NCBI RefSeq assembly: GCF_018350175.1
Contig: NC_058368.1
Location: 134,976,001-135,040,000, forward strand
Length of the DNA: 64,000 nt
Reading direction: 5' to 3'
DNA from: Felis catus
Taxonomy: Eukaryota
In this document: piece after piece, positions 1 to 11,419 of the stretch
Layout of the letters: the number at the start of each line of letters is the position of its first letter
Position numbering within the stretch: position 1 is the first letter of the stretch
The notes under the pieces: model-generated
The model's database searches: none
The model's input: the letters and a program-made list of their open reading frames with translations, nothing else
Told to the model about the DNA's origin: nothing
Program-made: the position numbers and the translations under genes

Positions 1-59
1 AGAAGTCCGCGAGGCAGACTAATTCAAAGTGTGGTATGTATGCGTTTCCTGAAGAATCA

Positions 60-449
60 GGGGCATTGTCTCAAACCTCAGCTTTGTCTATAGAATGCTA
101 TCTCCCCATCTTTTTTACACCATGCCCAGTGGTGAGGACCAGACACCTGTATTTTATTTTATTTCTTTTAATTTTTTTTCCAACATTTATTTATTTTTGG
201 GACAGAGAGAGACAGAGCATGAACGGGGGAGGGGCAGAGAGAGAGGGAGACACAGAATCGGAAACAGGCTCCAGGCTCCGAGCCATCAGCCCAGAGCCTG
301 ACGCGGGGCTCGAACTCACGGACCGCGAGATCGTGACCTGGCTGAAGTCGGACGCTTAACCGACTGCGCCACCCAGGAGCCCCAGACACCTGTATTTTAA
401 AAAAAACTTCCTGCCATGATTCGGTTCTGCAGTCCCATGAGAACCACTG
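60..449. mobile_element. Degraded MER5-like hAT MITE, interrupted by a SINE
   Basis: After removing the SINE: cctgtattttaaaaaaaacttcctgccatgattc...gagaaccactg, resembling the MER5 end. Confidence 0.5.
157..383 (-). mobile_element. Young feline CanSINE (SINEC_Fc type)
   Basis: tRNA-derived head, CT tract, A tail; perfect 16-bp TSD agacacctgtatttta at 141-156 and 384-399. Confidence 0.97.
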
Positions 450-494
450 TATTAGACAGGAAGTTCTCAAAGGACAAAGATTGTATTTTTCTCT

Positions 495-690
495 ACATAT
501 TCAAGTAATAATTATTGAGCGTCTATGATGGGCCAGGACCTGTTAGGGGCTGGCCACATGATAGTGAGTAAGAGGGGTATCATCCTTGCCTCATCAAACT
601 TTTATGGGGGGAGTCAGACACTAAACAAATAATTATAGTTAATTAAATATTTACAGCTGATTTAAGAACTACAAAGAGAAGGACAAACCT
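495..690 (-). mobile_element. L2 3' fragment
   Basis: attcaagtaataattattgagcgtctatgatgggccagg...; typical antisense L2 3' end. Confidence 0.55.
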
Positions 691-799
691 CTAGATCCCA
701 AGCACCCGGCCCAGCACTATATATATATATGCATAATAAATATTTGTCGATTGTCTGCTGTTGCACAGGTTATCTGCATTGGCAGTAAATGCCCAAGTA

Positions 800-950
800 C
801 ATTCTGGGAATAGGTACGGGGCAAGAAAAAGACTGTCAGATAATTTGAAGGAACCTTGGCTTAGACAAAGTCAAACGGGCTTCCTTAATGCAGGACCTCC
901 CCAGATTTTAACCTGCTAATGTATCCCGTGGCTCCCTAAGGCAGCTTTCT
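800..950. mobile_element. hAT-Charlie non-autonomous fragment (Charlie4z/MER113-like)
   Basis: ttagacaaagtcaaacgggcttccttaatgcaggac...ttttaacctgctaatg; a related copy lies in the opposite orientation at ~50940-51340. Confidence 0.45.
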
Positions 951-1519
951 GGGGTACACAAGGTGCCCAGGCACTTCCCTCCTGCAGCGTGCCAGGGAGC
1001 CTACCCTGGGGACGCACTCTGGGAACCACTCTTCTGAGTGTGTCAGGTGGAACTTCAGGGCTCCCATGTGAAGGAGGCAAGCGTCCTACTTTCCCAGTGC
1101 TGGCAGCTGGCAGACTCCTGGAGAGTCTGGGGCCGACCTGGGTAACACAGTCCCGTCCCTTGCCCAGGGAACACTCCCCCTGCCCCCTAGCTATGGAGAA
1201 CAAGGGGAGAAGCAGAGCCAGAGGATCCCTTCTTCGGTGAAGACGAATGGGCCTGATGCACTTGAGATATGAAGGGGCAGAAATGAGAACTGCCATTTGA
1301 GTGCCTGGTGACTTTGCTTGGCACCACATGGGGTTCAAGGTCAGGGTAAGGGCACCGCCTCTATGTGTGATGCCTTTCTATCAGAGCCTTTGGCTGCCAG
1401 CATACTAGGTATACTAGTAAGAGGAAGTGGCTGTGCACACCGTCATGAAACGTGGCAGTAAAAGAGGATCTCAGGAATTATCCGGACTGAAAACGCAGAC
1501 CCGTTGCTCCCATTTAGGG

Positions 1520-1625
1520 CTGTATGGGACCCACGCATATCAAAAAATTCTTTGTTGCTCATCTGAAATTGAAATTTTACCCGGCATTCCACGTTTTTAT
1601 TTTTATTCACAATCTGACAGCCCTC
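1520..1625. mobile_element. MER53 right half (hAT MITE)
   Basis: ttgttgctcatctgaaattgaaattttacccggcattc...aatctgacagccct; similar to 37260-37320. Confidence 0.65.
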
Positions 1626-1862
1626 AGTTTTGCCCACGGGGTGCTGGGCTTTGAATACAAGGGGCCACCCTGCAGGTGCCACGTGGGCCAGAAGCAGCCC
1701 ACTGCCGCTGCTGTGCAGATGTGCAGGACAGATCTTGCCCGGAGGTCCTCCTTGGCCGAGGTCCACTGCTGGGGAGGAGGTCAAGTCCACACCTCTCGTT
1801 TCAAAAACCAGGAAAAAGAGGGGTTTTGTCAGCAATTTTTTGTGGAGGGGAACAGACTAGAT

Positions 1863-2058
1863 CAGTGATTCCGAACCAGGGGCAGTCTGGCAGCGTCTGG
1901 AGACTGTTTTGGTTATCACAGCTGGGGGTGAGGCCCAGTATTACTGGCATCTAGTGGGTAGAGGCCAGGATAAACATCCTACAGCACGCGGGACAGCTCT
2001 CAGATCCAAGAATTGCCCAGTCCAAAATGTCAGTAGCGCCAAGGTTCAGAAACCCCGG
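1863..2058. mobile_element. MER20 (hAT-Charlie)
   Basis: actggcatctagtgggtagaggccaggataaacatcctac...cccagtccaaaatgtcagtagcgccaaggttcagaaacc. Confidence 0.85.
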
Positions 2059-2479
2059 ACTGGAGGGAAGTTGACCACATCCGAGAAGCAGGCAAGCAAG
2101 CAAGCAGATGTGTGAAGGGGACAAAGTTGTTGTCCTTTGGTCCTGATCTTTTAGCCTGGTGTCCCTGTGTGGCCGTTGATTCCTTGAGTTGTGGGAAGAC
2201 AGTATCTGGCTACAATACCCCAATTTGTATTAGAGTGTTAATGACTTCACATGCTGACTGTTCAAGACATATTCCTGTTCAAGAGATGTACCCTATTTCA
2301 AAGGGTCCATCTTTTTTTTTTCCTTCAAGATCTCACAACTTTGTCCAAGGAAGCAATGTGCCCAAGTAAAAACAATGACCCCCCTCAAACTTCCTCCCAG
2401 ATACAGGTGGATCTGAAATGGACTAGGAAGTCTACGGGTGGAGGTTTGGGAAGGAGACTGCTTGCCTAATAACAGTGAG

Positions 2480-2792
2480 CAGACTTAGCTGGCCCTGAGC
2501 TTTGTTCCATTTGTTCTTTTCCCTCTTCTCACCTGGAATGCAAATGGGATGGGATAGCAGAGGAAAGCAGGAGCCATCTTACAAGTGTGAAGGCAAAAGC
2601 CACACACACGGAAGGTACTTGAGCAGGAGGCCACAGTGAGGGGCGTGAGCACCGGGCGGCCTCCTCAGGTACGCACCACTCTGCATTAGTTATCTCCAGA
2701 CTTCTTGTTATGTGAGAAAAATAAACAACTTGGTTAAACTATGCAAGCTCGGTTCCTGTTACATGCAAATCAACTCAGTCTTAACTGACATA
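2480..2792 (+). mobile_element. Old MLT1 (J/K/L-like) MaLR solo LTR
   Basis: gccatctt...ctccagacttcttgttatgtgagaaaaataaac...taactgacata. Confidence 0.65.
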
Positions 2793-3682
2793 AAAGCCTG
2801 GCATGGTGGGGGGATGTCTAAGGGAAGCATGGAATCTAATGGTGAGATGCCAGGAGCCTCGGGACTCCTAAGGAGAGAGAAAGTCTTTAGGCATGGGGGA
2901 CGTCCCCCTGCTCCCTCCCTCACATGATGTAGGCTCTTCTGCACATAGGTGGCTGCCCTCGTTCCGACCCAAGGAATTGATTAGATAAGCACTTGGCTGA
3001 CTATTAATGGTGTCAGTCAATGCCACAAACAGAGGATAAAATTCCAAGGAGATAATTGATTACAGGGAGGGCACCCAGGAGTCTCCATGCAAAGAGGAAC
3101 TGACCAGCTTTTGTTACCACCATATCTCTCAAACCTAGAACAAGAAGATGCTTTTGATTGTACTGACCTGAGAGAACATGGGCAACAAGGCTCCAAAACG
3201 AGGTGGTCTTGGATCCTCCTGAAAACTGACACAGGACATTTACTGTTTTTTCATCTCTAGTAGAGGGAAAGTTTATGATGAAGGTAAGTCCATCCTTAAT
3301 ATAAATGGCATGTTTACAAAAAGAATATAAGCCATCCCTCATATCTTTTGCAGAACTGAGCCTGAAATCAGGTATTACGTCATCCTTCCATTATAGACAA
3401 TCAGAAAAATGGCCGTTCATGCCGGATTCACACCCACATTTTTTGCCCCCCCATCCCCGGCCCTTGTCAGTGTAACCCAAACAGGACCAGGTTGGGCCAG
3501 TGGGAACCCTGTCCGTACTTGTGGTGAGCTCACCTCCCCAGTGAGCACCAGCCCTGAAATTCTCTTTAAGATGTAACCTTGGTCACTTCTCTTATCTGTG
3601 CTTTGGGTTTCCCCATCTGCTTAAATGGTGTCAGTCATAGTGCCTGCCTCCTGGGGTTCTTGTGAAGACTGATAGGAATATC

Positions 3683-3852
3683 TTTTTTTTTTTAAGTTTA
3701 TTTTTTTTGAGATAGAATCCCAAACAGGCTCCATGCTCAGCGTGGAGCATGACACAGGACTCGATCCCACAACAGTGAAAGATCAAGCTGAGCCAGTATC
3801 AAGAGTTGGATGCTCAACCAGCGCTTAACCATCTGAACCACCCAGGCAGCCC
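3683..3852 (-). mobile_element. Older CanSINE
   Basis: Antisense head and T tail; TSD tgataggaata at 3670-3680 and 3853-3863. Confidence 0.9.
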
Positions 3853-3882
3853 TGATAGGAATAATCTTGAAAAGGGCCAGAT

Positions 3883-4096
3883 GGGGGCCCCTGGGTGGCT
3901 CAGTTGGTTGAGCGACCGACTTTGGCTCAGGTCATGATCTCACGGTCCGTGAGTTCTAGCCCCACGTCGGGCTCTGTGCTGACCGCTCAGAGCCTGGAGC
4001 CTGTTTCAGATTCTGTGTCTCCCTCTCTCTCTGCCCCTCCCCTGTTCATGCTCTGTCTCTGTCTCAAAAATAAAAAATAAAAACGTTAAAAAAAAA
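3883..4096 (+). mobile_element. CanSINE (Fc2-like)
   Basis: Full head and tail; TSD ttgaaaagggcca at 3867-3879 and 4097-4109. Confidence 0.95.
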
Positions 4097-4909
4097 TTGA
4101 AAAGGGCCATAGAGTGAGCCTTCGGTGAATGTCAGCTGGCATTATATTAGCATTAGCCTTATCAGAGATCCATGTTGTACAGAGAGGTGAGAGGGCTTCT
4201 CCTACCTCTGTTTAGGGAGACAGATTGCTTGGATCCTCCTAAGGGCAGCATGGAGAATTGGACATTGTGTTATTATCTGATGGTCTGATTGAGCAATCTG
4301 TGGAGAGGAGACAGCAATCCATCCTGGCTCACAAAGAGCTAGAATCACCCCTACCAGGCACTGAAGCAGTTACTTCCTTTGGGGGTGGGAGAAGGCGCTG
4401 CTCTGTCAAGTTTGGGGTGCCTACTGCCCACCCCCACCCCTGCTAGACCTGAGTCCCAGAGAGGGCCCTGAGGGTTTGGAGTCATAAGTCAGCAGTGGCT
4501 CCAGAGGGAGGGGCCAGAGAGTGGCATAATGAGGGAAGCTGGCAGGATGGAGAGGGGGGAGAAGGAAGGTCCTTGGCACCCCAGGTTTAGGGTCTCCCTC
4601 AAATACAGTCAGTCGGCAAAAGTTATCATAGAAGTCCTCAGGTTGCTCCTGTTATATAGGACGTATATGTTTAAGTTGGAGGACACAGTGCATGTAAACC
4701 ATTAACAGGACTCCCAACAAAGCGACAGTGATACAATACACCCTTGTTTGGAGCCCTCCCTGAATCGTGCCTTTGTGTAATATAATCTATGCAAACTGCT
4801 TCTGGGCTGGAGGCCACTGGAAGCCAGCAGTGCCGCACCTCAGGTTTTATCTAAAAGCCTTACCTAAGAAACACAATAACCCGAGTTTACCTGATGTGAT
4901 TTCTTTTGA

Positions 4910-4911
<2 letters not shown>

Positions 4912-4939
<28 letters not shown>
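4912..4939. repeat. (GT)14 microsatellite
   Basis: Direct reading. Confidence 0.95.
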
Positions 4940-4940
<1 letters not shown>

Positions 4941-5734
4941 GAGGGGGAAGGGAAGTGAGTAGAAGAACAAAACTACAAGTCAAACTTGAAATTCTCACTT
5001 GCACAGTTTGTGGGAAATGAAGTTGTGGGCACAAAATGCAGCTTTTGAAATCATATGGGGAGGGCGACTTAACCAGATGCTGCCACACAAGTTAGAGACC
5101 GTATGGGGTTTGGGCAGGACAGCTGCCATTCTGGCAAGCACTTGGTTAACCAGTAAACAGGCTCTGGGACGTTCGTTCTTCCCAGAGGAGAAGAGGCTGC
5201 TCCCGAACCTGGCAGAGCTGTCTGCTTGCACGTCTCTCTCCAAGGATCCTCAGGCAGTCGGTAAATATGAGCTCACTGTTGAAGCAAGCTCACAGCTCCC
5301 TGGGAGGGTAAGGAGTACCGGGAAAGAGCCAACAAGGGCTCTACCCTACTCCCTGGTCAGAATGACCTCAGGTCCCTTCACAAGCCTGAAATATTTCAAC
5401 TGGATTTCTATATCTCCTTCAATGTGAAAGAACCTCCAAATTCAAGAGCAATGGGCACGCCTGATACCCTCTTTTAAGTGCCTTTGCTTAATTCCACTCC
5501 CAGCACGATTCCACAAGACAGTCTAAATCAGCCATTCTTTTTCTTAAGATGCGCCCCTTTATGTAAATTTACAGGCCGTTTCAAAATATTGTGACCGCTA
5601 ATTTAAAAGAAAAGCCACAAATAGAACAACATAGGTGTCACCATAGGACACTTATCTAAGCCAAATCTCACCATGAAATACCATGCAATTGCTTAGCGAG
5701 TAAGGCTACGCTACACGTTATGTGGAATGATGGC

Positions 5735-6155
5735 TCTAGTAGGTTGAATGTTGATGTGTCAAAAGGTATGCCCATGTCCTAATCCCCAGAATCTGTGAAT
5801 GGGACCTTAATTGGGAAAAGGCCTTTATTGATGTAATTAAGTTAGGATTTCAAATGAGATCACCCTAGACAATCTGGGTGGGCCCTAAATCCAGTGACAA
5901 GTATCTTTCTAAGAGATAGGTGAACACACCAAGAGAGAAGGACAGAAAGCTATGTGAAGACAGAGGCAGAGATAAGAATGATGCAGCCCTAAGACAAGTA
6001 ATGTCTGGATGCACAAGAAGGTGGAAGAAGCAAGGAACAGATTCTTCACTCTGGAGGGACTTCTGCCCTCCAGAGCTGTAAAAGAAGACATTTCTGTTGT
6101 TTTAAGTCACCCGATTTGTAGTAATTTGTTACAGCACTCCTAGGGAATGAATACA
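5735..6155 (+). mobile_element. MLT1C-like MaLR solo LTR
   Basis: gtcctaatccccagaatctgtgaatgggacctt...ttctgttgttttaagtcacc...tttgttacagcactcctagggaatgaataca. Confidence 0.85.
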
Positions 6156-6603
6156 AATTCCAAGACAGATTTAAGACTAGAAAACCAAAAACAAAAAAAC
6201 AAGGCTAAAGATAGTATATACAGTTTGTAGTATAGTGTAGATGTTACTATGACATGAGAAAAAAAAGTCTATGTCTGCATATGCATAGAATATAACTTAA
6301 GAATATGAAAGACATCAGCAACAGTGCTGCCTCTGGGAAGAGAGTTTCTTGTGTTCTGCTGTAAAAGGTACCTCCTGAAGCTGGGCACGCAGATAGGCAG
6401 AGTGATGCCCACCCCCCCCCCCCCAACAAAGACCTCCACATCCTAATCCCTGGAACATGTGAATATAAATGTTAAATAGCAGGAGGAAATTTAGATTGCA
6501 CGTGGAACAAAGGTTGCTGAACAGTTGAATTTAGATAGGAAGATTATCCCAGACTGTCTGGTAGGTCCAGGAATCACAAGAGTCCTCAGTGGTGGAAAAG
6601 GGG

Positions 6604-6986
6604 ATGCAATGCTATATTATTTGGCAATAAAAAGAAAGTGCTGATACACAGTACAATATGGATGAATCTGGAAAGCATCATGCTAAGTGAAAGTGGCCAG
6701 TCACCAGGGACTATGTATTGTGATTCTATTTATATGAAAAGTCCAGAATAGGCAAATCTAGACAGATGGGGAATCTATTAGTGGTTTCTAGGGGCTAGAG
6801 TGACTGGAGGGGAGTTGATGGCTACAGGCTACAGGGTTTTTTTGGAGGTGATGAAAATGTTCTAAAAGTGATTGTCATCACGGATGCCCAAGTCTACGAA
6901 TACACTAACATCCGCCGAGTTACACATTTAAATGGGTAAATTGGACGCTATGTGATTTATATCTCAACAAAGCTGCCTGAAAAAAA
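6604..6986 (+). mobile_element. L1MB-like 3' end
   Basis: atggatgaatctggaaagcatcatgctaagtgaaag...ggtgatgaaaatgttctaaaa...tatatctcaacaaagctg plus short A tail. Confidence 0.85.
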
Positions 6987-7178
6987 GGGGAAAAAGGCAA
7001 CCAGAAGGGGATCCAGAGTCAGAGCAGATGATGTGACCCATCATTGATGGCCATGAAGATGGTACAGGACCACGAACCAAGAAATGCAAGCAATCTCTAA
7101 GAGTGGGAAAAGGCAAGCCAGCAAAAAAGACACCTTGGCTTTAGGCCAGTGAGATCCAGTTAAGACTTCTGACCTCTC

Positions 7179-7404
7179 GGGGCGCCTGGGTGGCGCAGTC
7201 AGTTAAGCGTCCGACTTCAGCCAGGTCACGATCTCGCGGTCCGGGAGTTCGAGCCCCGCGTCAGGCTCTGGGCTGATGGCTCGGAGCCTGGAGCCTGTTT
7301 CCGATTCTGTGTCTCCCTCTCTCTCTGCCCCTCCCCCGTTCATGCTCTGTCTCTCTCTGTCCCAAAAATAAATAAACGTTGAAAAAAAAAATTAAAAAAT
7401 AAAA
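7179..7404 (+). mobile_element. Young feline CanSINE (SINEC_Fc type)
   Basis: CpG-rich intact copy; TSD aagacttctgacctct at 7162-7177 and 7405-7420. Confidence 0.97.
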
Positions 7405-7635
7405 AAGACTTCTGACCTCTAGAAGAATAAATTTGTGTTGTTTGAAGCCATGAAGTTTGGGCTAATTTGTTATAGTAGTCATAGAAGACCATTATAAGCA
7501 CTTCTTACACCATTTTATCCCTTTTGAATTTTGCACTGTGTACACATATTACCCATTCAAAATTTAAATCAAAACAAAGTAGGAAACCTATTTACGATGG
7601 CTTGAGTCATCTGGGAAAAAATTTAAACACCTGTA

Positions 7636-7960
7636 ACACTCGTCTTCATAGAAACAGAATACCAGCCACAAATGTGAGCCATGTAAGTAATTAAAAGTTT
7701 TTTGAGAGCAGCATTTAAAAAAGGAAAACCAAACACATATAATTCAATTCAGTAATAAGTTTTGTTTAGCCTATTATATCCAATATAGTATTTCCATCTG
7801 TAAGGAGTAAAAAATTTTAAGAGATATTTTCCTTTTTTCCTCACTAAATCTTTGAAATCTGATGTATATTTTAAACTTCTAGCACATCTTCACTCAGACG
7901 AGCCATGTTTCATATGCTTAATTGCCACCTGTAGCTCATCGCTACTGCATTGGACGTGGT
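7636..7960. mobile_element. MER33 (hAT-Charlie)
   Basis: agccacaaatgtgagccatgtaagtaatt...ctaaatctttgaaatctgatgtatattttaaacttctagcacatct...gctactgcattggac. Confidence 0.8.
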
Positions 7961-8390
7961 GGATGTGAATCTATAGCATCCAATAGGGGTAAGGAGTAAG
8001 GTTTTTTTTATTATTATTTAAAGTCTGGTTAGTTAACATACAGTATTATATTACTTTCAGGTCTCCAATATAGTGATTTAACACTTCCATACATCACCCA
8101 GTGCTCAAGACAAGTGCGTTCCTTAATCCCCATCACCTATTTCACCCAACCCCCCACCAACCTAACCTCTAGTAGTCATTGGTTTGCTCTTCACAGTTAA
8201 GAGACTGTTTCTTGGTTTGCCTCTCCCTCCCCCTGCCCCTTTTTCAGTTGTTTTGCTTTTTAGATTCCACGTATAAGTGAAATCACATAGTATTTGTCTT
8301 TCTCTGGCTTATTTAATAATATATAATAACTTAGCATTATACTCTCTAGCTCCATCCATGTCACTGCAAATGGCAAGACTTCATTCTTCT

Positions 8391-8805
8391 TTTTTAAAGT
8401 TTATTTTGAGGGGCGCCTGGGTGACTCAGTCAGACGTCGGACTTCAGCCCAGGTCACGATCTCGCGGTCCGTGAGTTCGAGCCCCGCGTCGGGCTCTGGG
8501 CTGATGGCTCAGAGCCTGGAGCCTGCTTCTGATTCTGTGTCTCCCTCTCTCTCTGCCCCTCCCCTGTTCATGCTCTGTCTCTGTCTCAAAAATAAATAAA
8601 CGTTAAAAAAAAAATTAAAAAAAATAAAGTTTATTTTGAAAGAGAGTGCATGAGAGCAGGGGAGGGGCAAAGAGAGCGGGAGGGAGAGAATCCCAAGCAG
8701 GCTCCACACTGTTAGCGCAGGGTTCAAACTTACAAACCATGAGATCGTGACCTGAGCTGAAATCAAGAGTCAGAAGCTAAACCAACTGAGCCCGCCAGGT
8801 GCCCC
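8391..8805 (-). mobile_element. Older CanSINE within L1 (host of a younger SINE)
   Basis: Antisense body 8640-8805; T tail split at 8409/8625. Confidence 0.9.
8410..8624 (+). mobile_element. CanSINE nested in the tail of an antisense SINE
   Basis: TSD taaagtttattttga at 8395-8409 and 8625-8639. Confidence 0.95.
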
Positions 8806-9510
8806 CTCATCTTTTTATCCATTCATCAGTAGACGGACACTTGGGCTTTTTCCGTAATTTGGCTATTATAGATAATGCTGCTATAAACATCGGGGTGCAT
8901 GTATCCCTTTGATTTAGTATTTTTGTATTCTTTGGGTAAATACTCAGTAGTACAATTGCTAGGTCATAGGGGAGTTCTATTTTTAACTTTCTGAGGAACC
9001 TCCATACTGTTTTCCAGAATGGCTGTACCACTTTGCATTCCCACCAACAGTATAAGAGGGTTCCCCCTTTAGGAGTAGGTTTTTTACCCTTTGAGTGTGC
9101 TACACCATACATAAGGATGTAGCTACAAAAATATTTGTGGAAACATGGCTCAAAGGGTTAAAAAGTTGACAACAAAATGGTTTCAGGTGCAGTACAGGCA
9201 TACTCTAGATATGGATAATAAAAAGAATGAGTTAAAGCTTTATGCATTGGCATAGAATATTGACCACAACCGTGGTATACTGCTAAATGAGACCAATCAG
9301 ATTGAACGTGTTTTGGTAAAATTTGTTAAATAAACTAATTAACATATAGACCTATATGGAATTATTCACACTATACTGTTAATATTGGTTACTTTGTGAA
9401 GTAGTATGGAGGTATCACAAATGTTATCACTAAATTTCTCCTTGCACACATTTTGTTGTATATTGCTTTGTAGTTTAAAAAGCAATCAATGGCGGGGGGG
9501 TGGGGGGGCT

Positions 9511-9741
9511 GGGGAGGTGCCTGAGTGGCTCAGTCGGTTGAGCATCTGACTTTGTCTCAGGTCATGATCTCACGGTTTGAGTTCAAGCCCCACGTCAGGC
9601 TCTGTGCTGACAGCTCAGAACCTGGAGCCTGTTTCCGATTTTATGTTCTCCTCTCTCTTGGCCCCTCCCCTGCTTGTGCATGTGCGCTCGCGCTCTCTCT
9701 TTTTCAAAAATAAATATTTTAAAATTTAAAAAAAGAAAAAA
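9511..9741 (+). mobile_element. CanSINE with G-rich 5' extension
   Basis: Head and tail present; TSD aatcaat at 9484-9490 and 9742-9748. Confidence 0.9.
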
Positions 9742-10446
9742 AATCAATAGATAAATAATCTCAAGAATAAGGTGCTAATTAACACCTTTAGGAGCTACCC
9801 CAGTAGTTATACTGTTGCCAAAGCATCCGTAACTACCTCAGAGAACTCTCTCTCCATCAAAAACCTTATAGAAGATTTATTCTCCTTTTACCAGGCACTT
9901 TTTTCCAACTAGAGGAAGCATCTCAGAAAATGTTCTACGAAACACTCTTTCTTAATATGTACATTAAATTACTATGCCTACAGGTGACCAATCTGTAAGA
10001 GAAATCAGTATCTATACTGCCATTCAGAAAAAGTTTTCATTTTCCTAAGCTCACACGTCCCCAAACCCATCAATATCCAGATAATAAAGAGGGTTTCTAA
10101 AAACTGGAATTTGCAGGAAAAAAGACTGTGGGAGAGGGAACGATGATGGACTGGATCCTAAAGAGAAACCAAGAGGTTCCATGCGTGGATAAAAAGACAA
10201 TCCTGGAAGGTTTATAATATTTCAGACTCTGGGGTCTCCTCCACATTCTGCATTGGTCAGTATTACTTGTTAGTGCCTCCAGTTCAGGGCTAGCCCACGG
10301 CCCCTGCAGCAGCCCCACAAGTCCAAGAAATGAGACTCTATTAACTCGGGTAATTCAAACACAAGCTTAACCCCACAGTGTACTGCCCATGTTAGGTGGG
10401 TACCACCTGCTGCACTGAGATTCTGTCACTCAAAAAGCCCAATTCA

Positions 10447-10682
10447 GAGGGTGCCTGGGAGGCTCAGTGCGCTGAGCATCCGATTCCTGACTTGGGCTCA
10501 GGTCATGATCCCAGGGTCGTGGTGTCAAGTCCCACGTTGGGCTCCATGCTGAGTCTGCTTGGAGTCTGCTTAAGATTCTCGCTCTCTCTCTCTCTTTCCC
10601 TCTCTGCCTCTCCCTCTCTCCCTCCCTCCCTCTGCCCTTCTCCCTGCTCACAGAGGCTCTCTCCCTTTAAAAAAAAAAAAAA
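10447..10682 (+). mobile_element. Older CanSINE
   Basis: Head, CT tract, A tail; diverged TSD aaaaagcccaattca / aaaaagcacaataca. Confidence 0.9.
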
Positions 10683-10911
10683 AAAAAGCACAATACAGGA
10701 AGCAGCATAAATGTGTTCTTTGGACTGGCCTGTGTGACCTAGGCCCTCAGAATATTCCTCCAGGCAAGGGATGACCTGGCAGAGAGTTTGGCCAAGCCCC
10801 GAAAGGTTGTCATAATATTTATGTTTTATGTCCTCTTTTTTCCCATGGCAGGTAACATTCAAAATGGTTAAGAGAGACTTTCTTTGGAATTCTTCCTCCT
10901 CCTGCATTTTA

Positions 10912-11135
10912 TTTTATTTTGTTTATTTTTCAAATGTTTCATTTATTTTTGACAGAGAGAGAGACAGAGCATGAGCGGGGAGGGGCAGAGAGAGAGGGAG
11001 ACACAGGATCCGAAGCAGGCTCCAGGCTCTGAGCTGTCAGCACAGAGCCCCACGTGGGGCTCAAACTCACAAGCCGTGAGATCATGACCTGAGCCAAAGT
11101 CGGTCGCTCAACTGACTGAGCCACCCAGAAGCCCC
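10912..11135 (-). mobile_element. CanSINE
   Basis: TSD cctcctcctgcatttta at 10895-10911 and 11136-11152. Confidence 0.95.
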
Positions 11136-11419
11136 CCTCCTCCTGCATTTTAAATACTTGTGTGAGAGTAGGCAGGTACAGGGCAGGGGGTCCCTTTGGA
11201 GCAAAAGCAATCGCAAGCCAGCTGACAGGCCTTATTCTCCTTCCTCCCCGGGCCCTACAGGCTAATATAAAACAGCAGAGAGGATCTAAGACATGCATTC
11301 ACTTCAAGGAACGTTCACTGGGGGCCCAGTATGTCCCAGGCACTGGAACACACAGATCAGGTTAGTTGAAACACAGATTTGGTTACTATTAAGCCATTTG
11401 GAACATTTTAAATCGCTTG

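Larger units (their letters stand above)
3560..4150 (+). mobile_element. MIR, split by two SINEs
   Basis: tgtaaccttggtcacttctcttatctgtgctttgggtttccccatctgcttaaatgg (MIR core). Confidence 0.65.
6390..7496 (+). mobile_element. MLT1D-like solo LTR, interrupted by an L1 3' end and a SINE
   Basis: 5' half 6390-6603 (catcctaatccctggaacatgtgaatat...); 3' half ~6990-7496 (gacttctgacctctagaagaataaatttgtgttgttt). Confidence 0.8.
8002..9070 (-). mobile_element. 5'-truncated carnivore L1 (ORF2 C-terminus and 3' UTR), containing two SINEs
   Basis: ORF 8807-9112 reads [32 protein letters not shown]...DTCTPMFIAAL...KCPSTDEWIK (L1 ORF2p C-term); TSD aggagta(a)ggtttttt at ~7992-8008 and 9071-9085. Confidence 0.95.

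Noticed and set aside
36..470. ORFs with RERQSMNGGGAEREGDTESETGSRL or GAPGWRSRLSVRLQPGHDL peptides (also at 32029, 43019, 45754-46625, 51154)
   Set aside because: Translations of CanSINE sequence that recur at every young SINE copy; not genes.
916..1338. 140-aa ORF and neighbouring overlapping ORFs to 1954
   Set aside because: GC-rich sequence open in several frames on both strands, overlapping MITE remnants, with no homology I can recognise.
6049..6075. Perfect 10-bp hairpin CTCTGGAGGG / CCCTCCAGAG in MLT1C
   Set aside because: Explained by a simple GGA-microhomology deletion bringing together two pre-existing LTR motifs; no need to invoke function or template switching.
7179..7260. tRNA-like A/B boxes in SINE heads as tRNA genes
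   Set aside because: They are tRNA-derived SINE promoters followed by a CT tract, A tail and TSDs.
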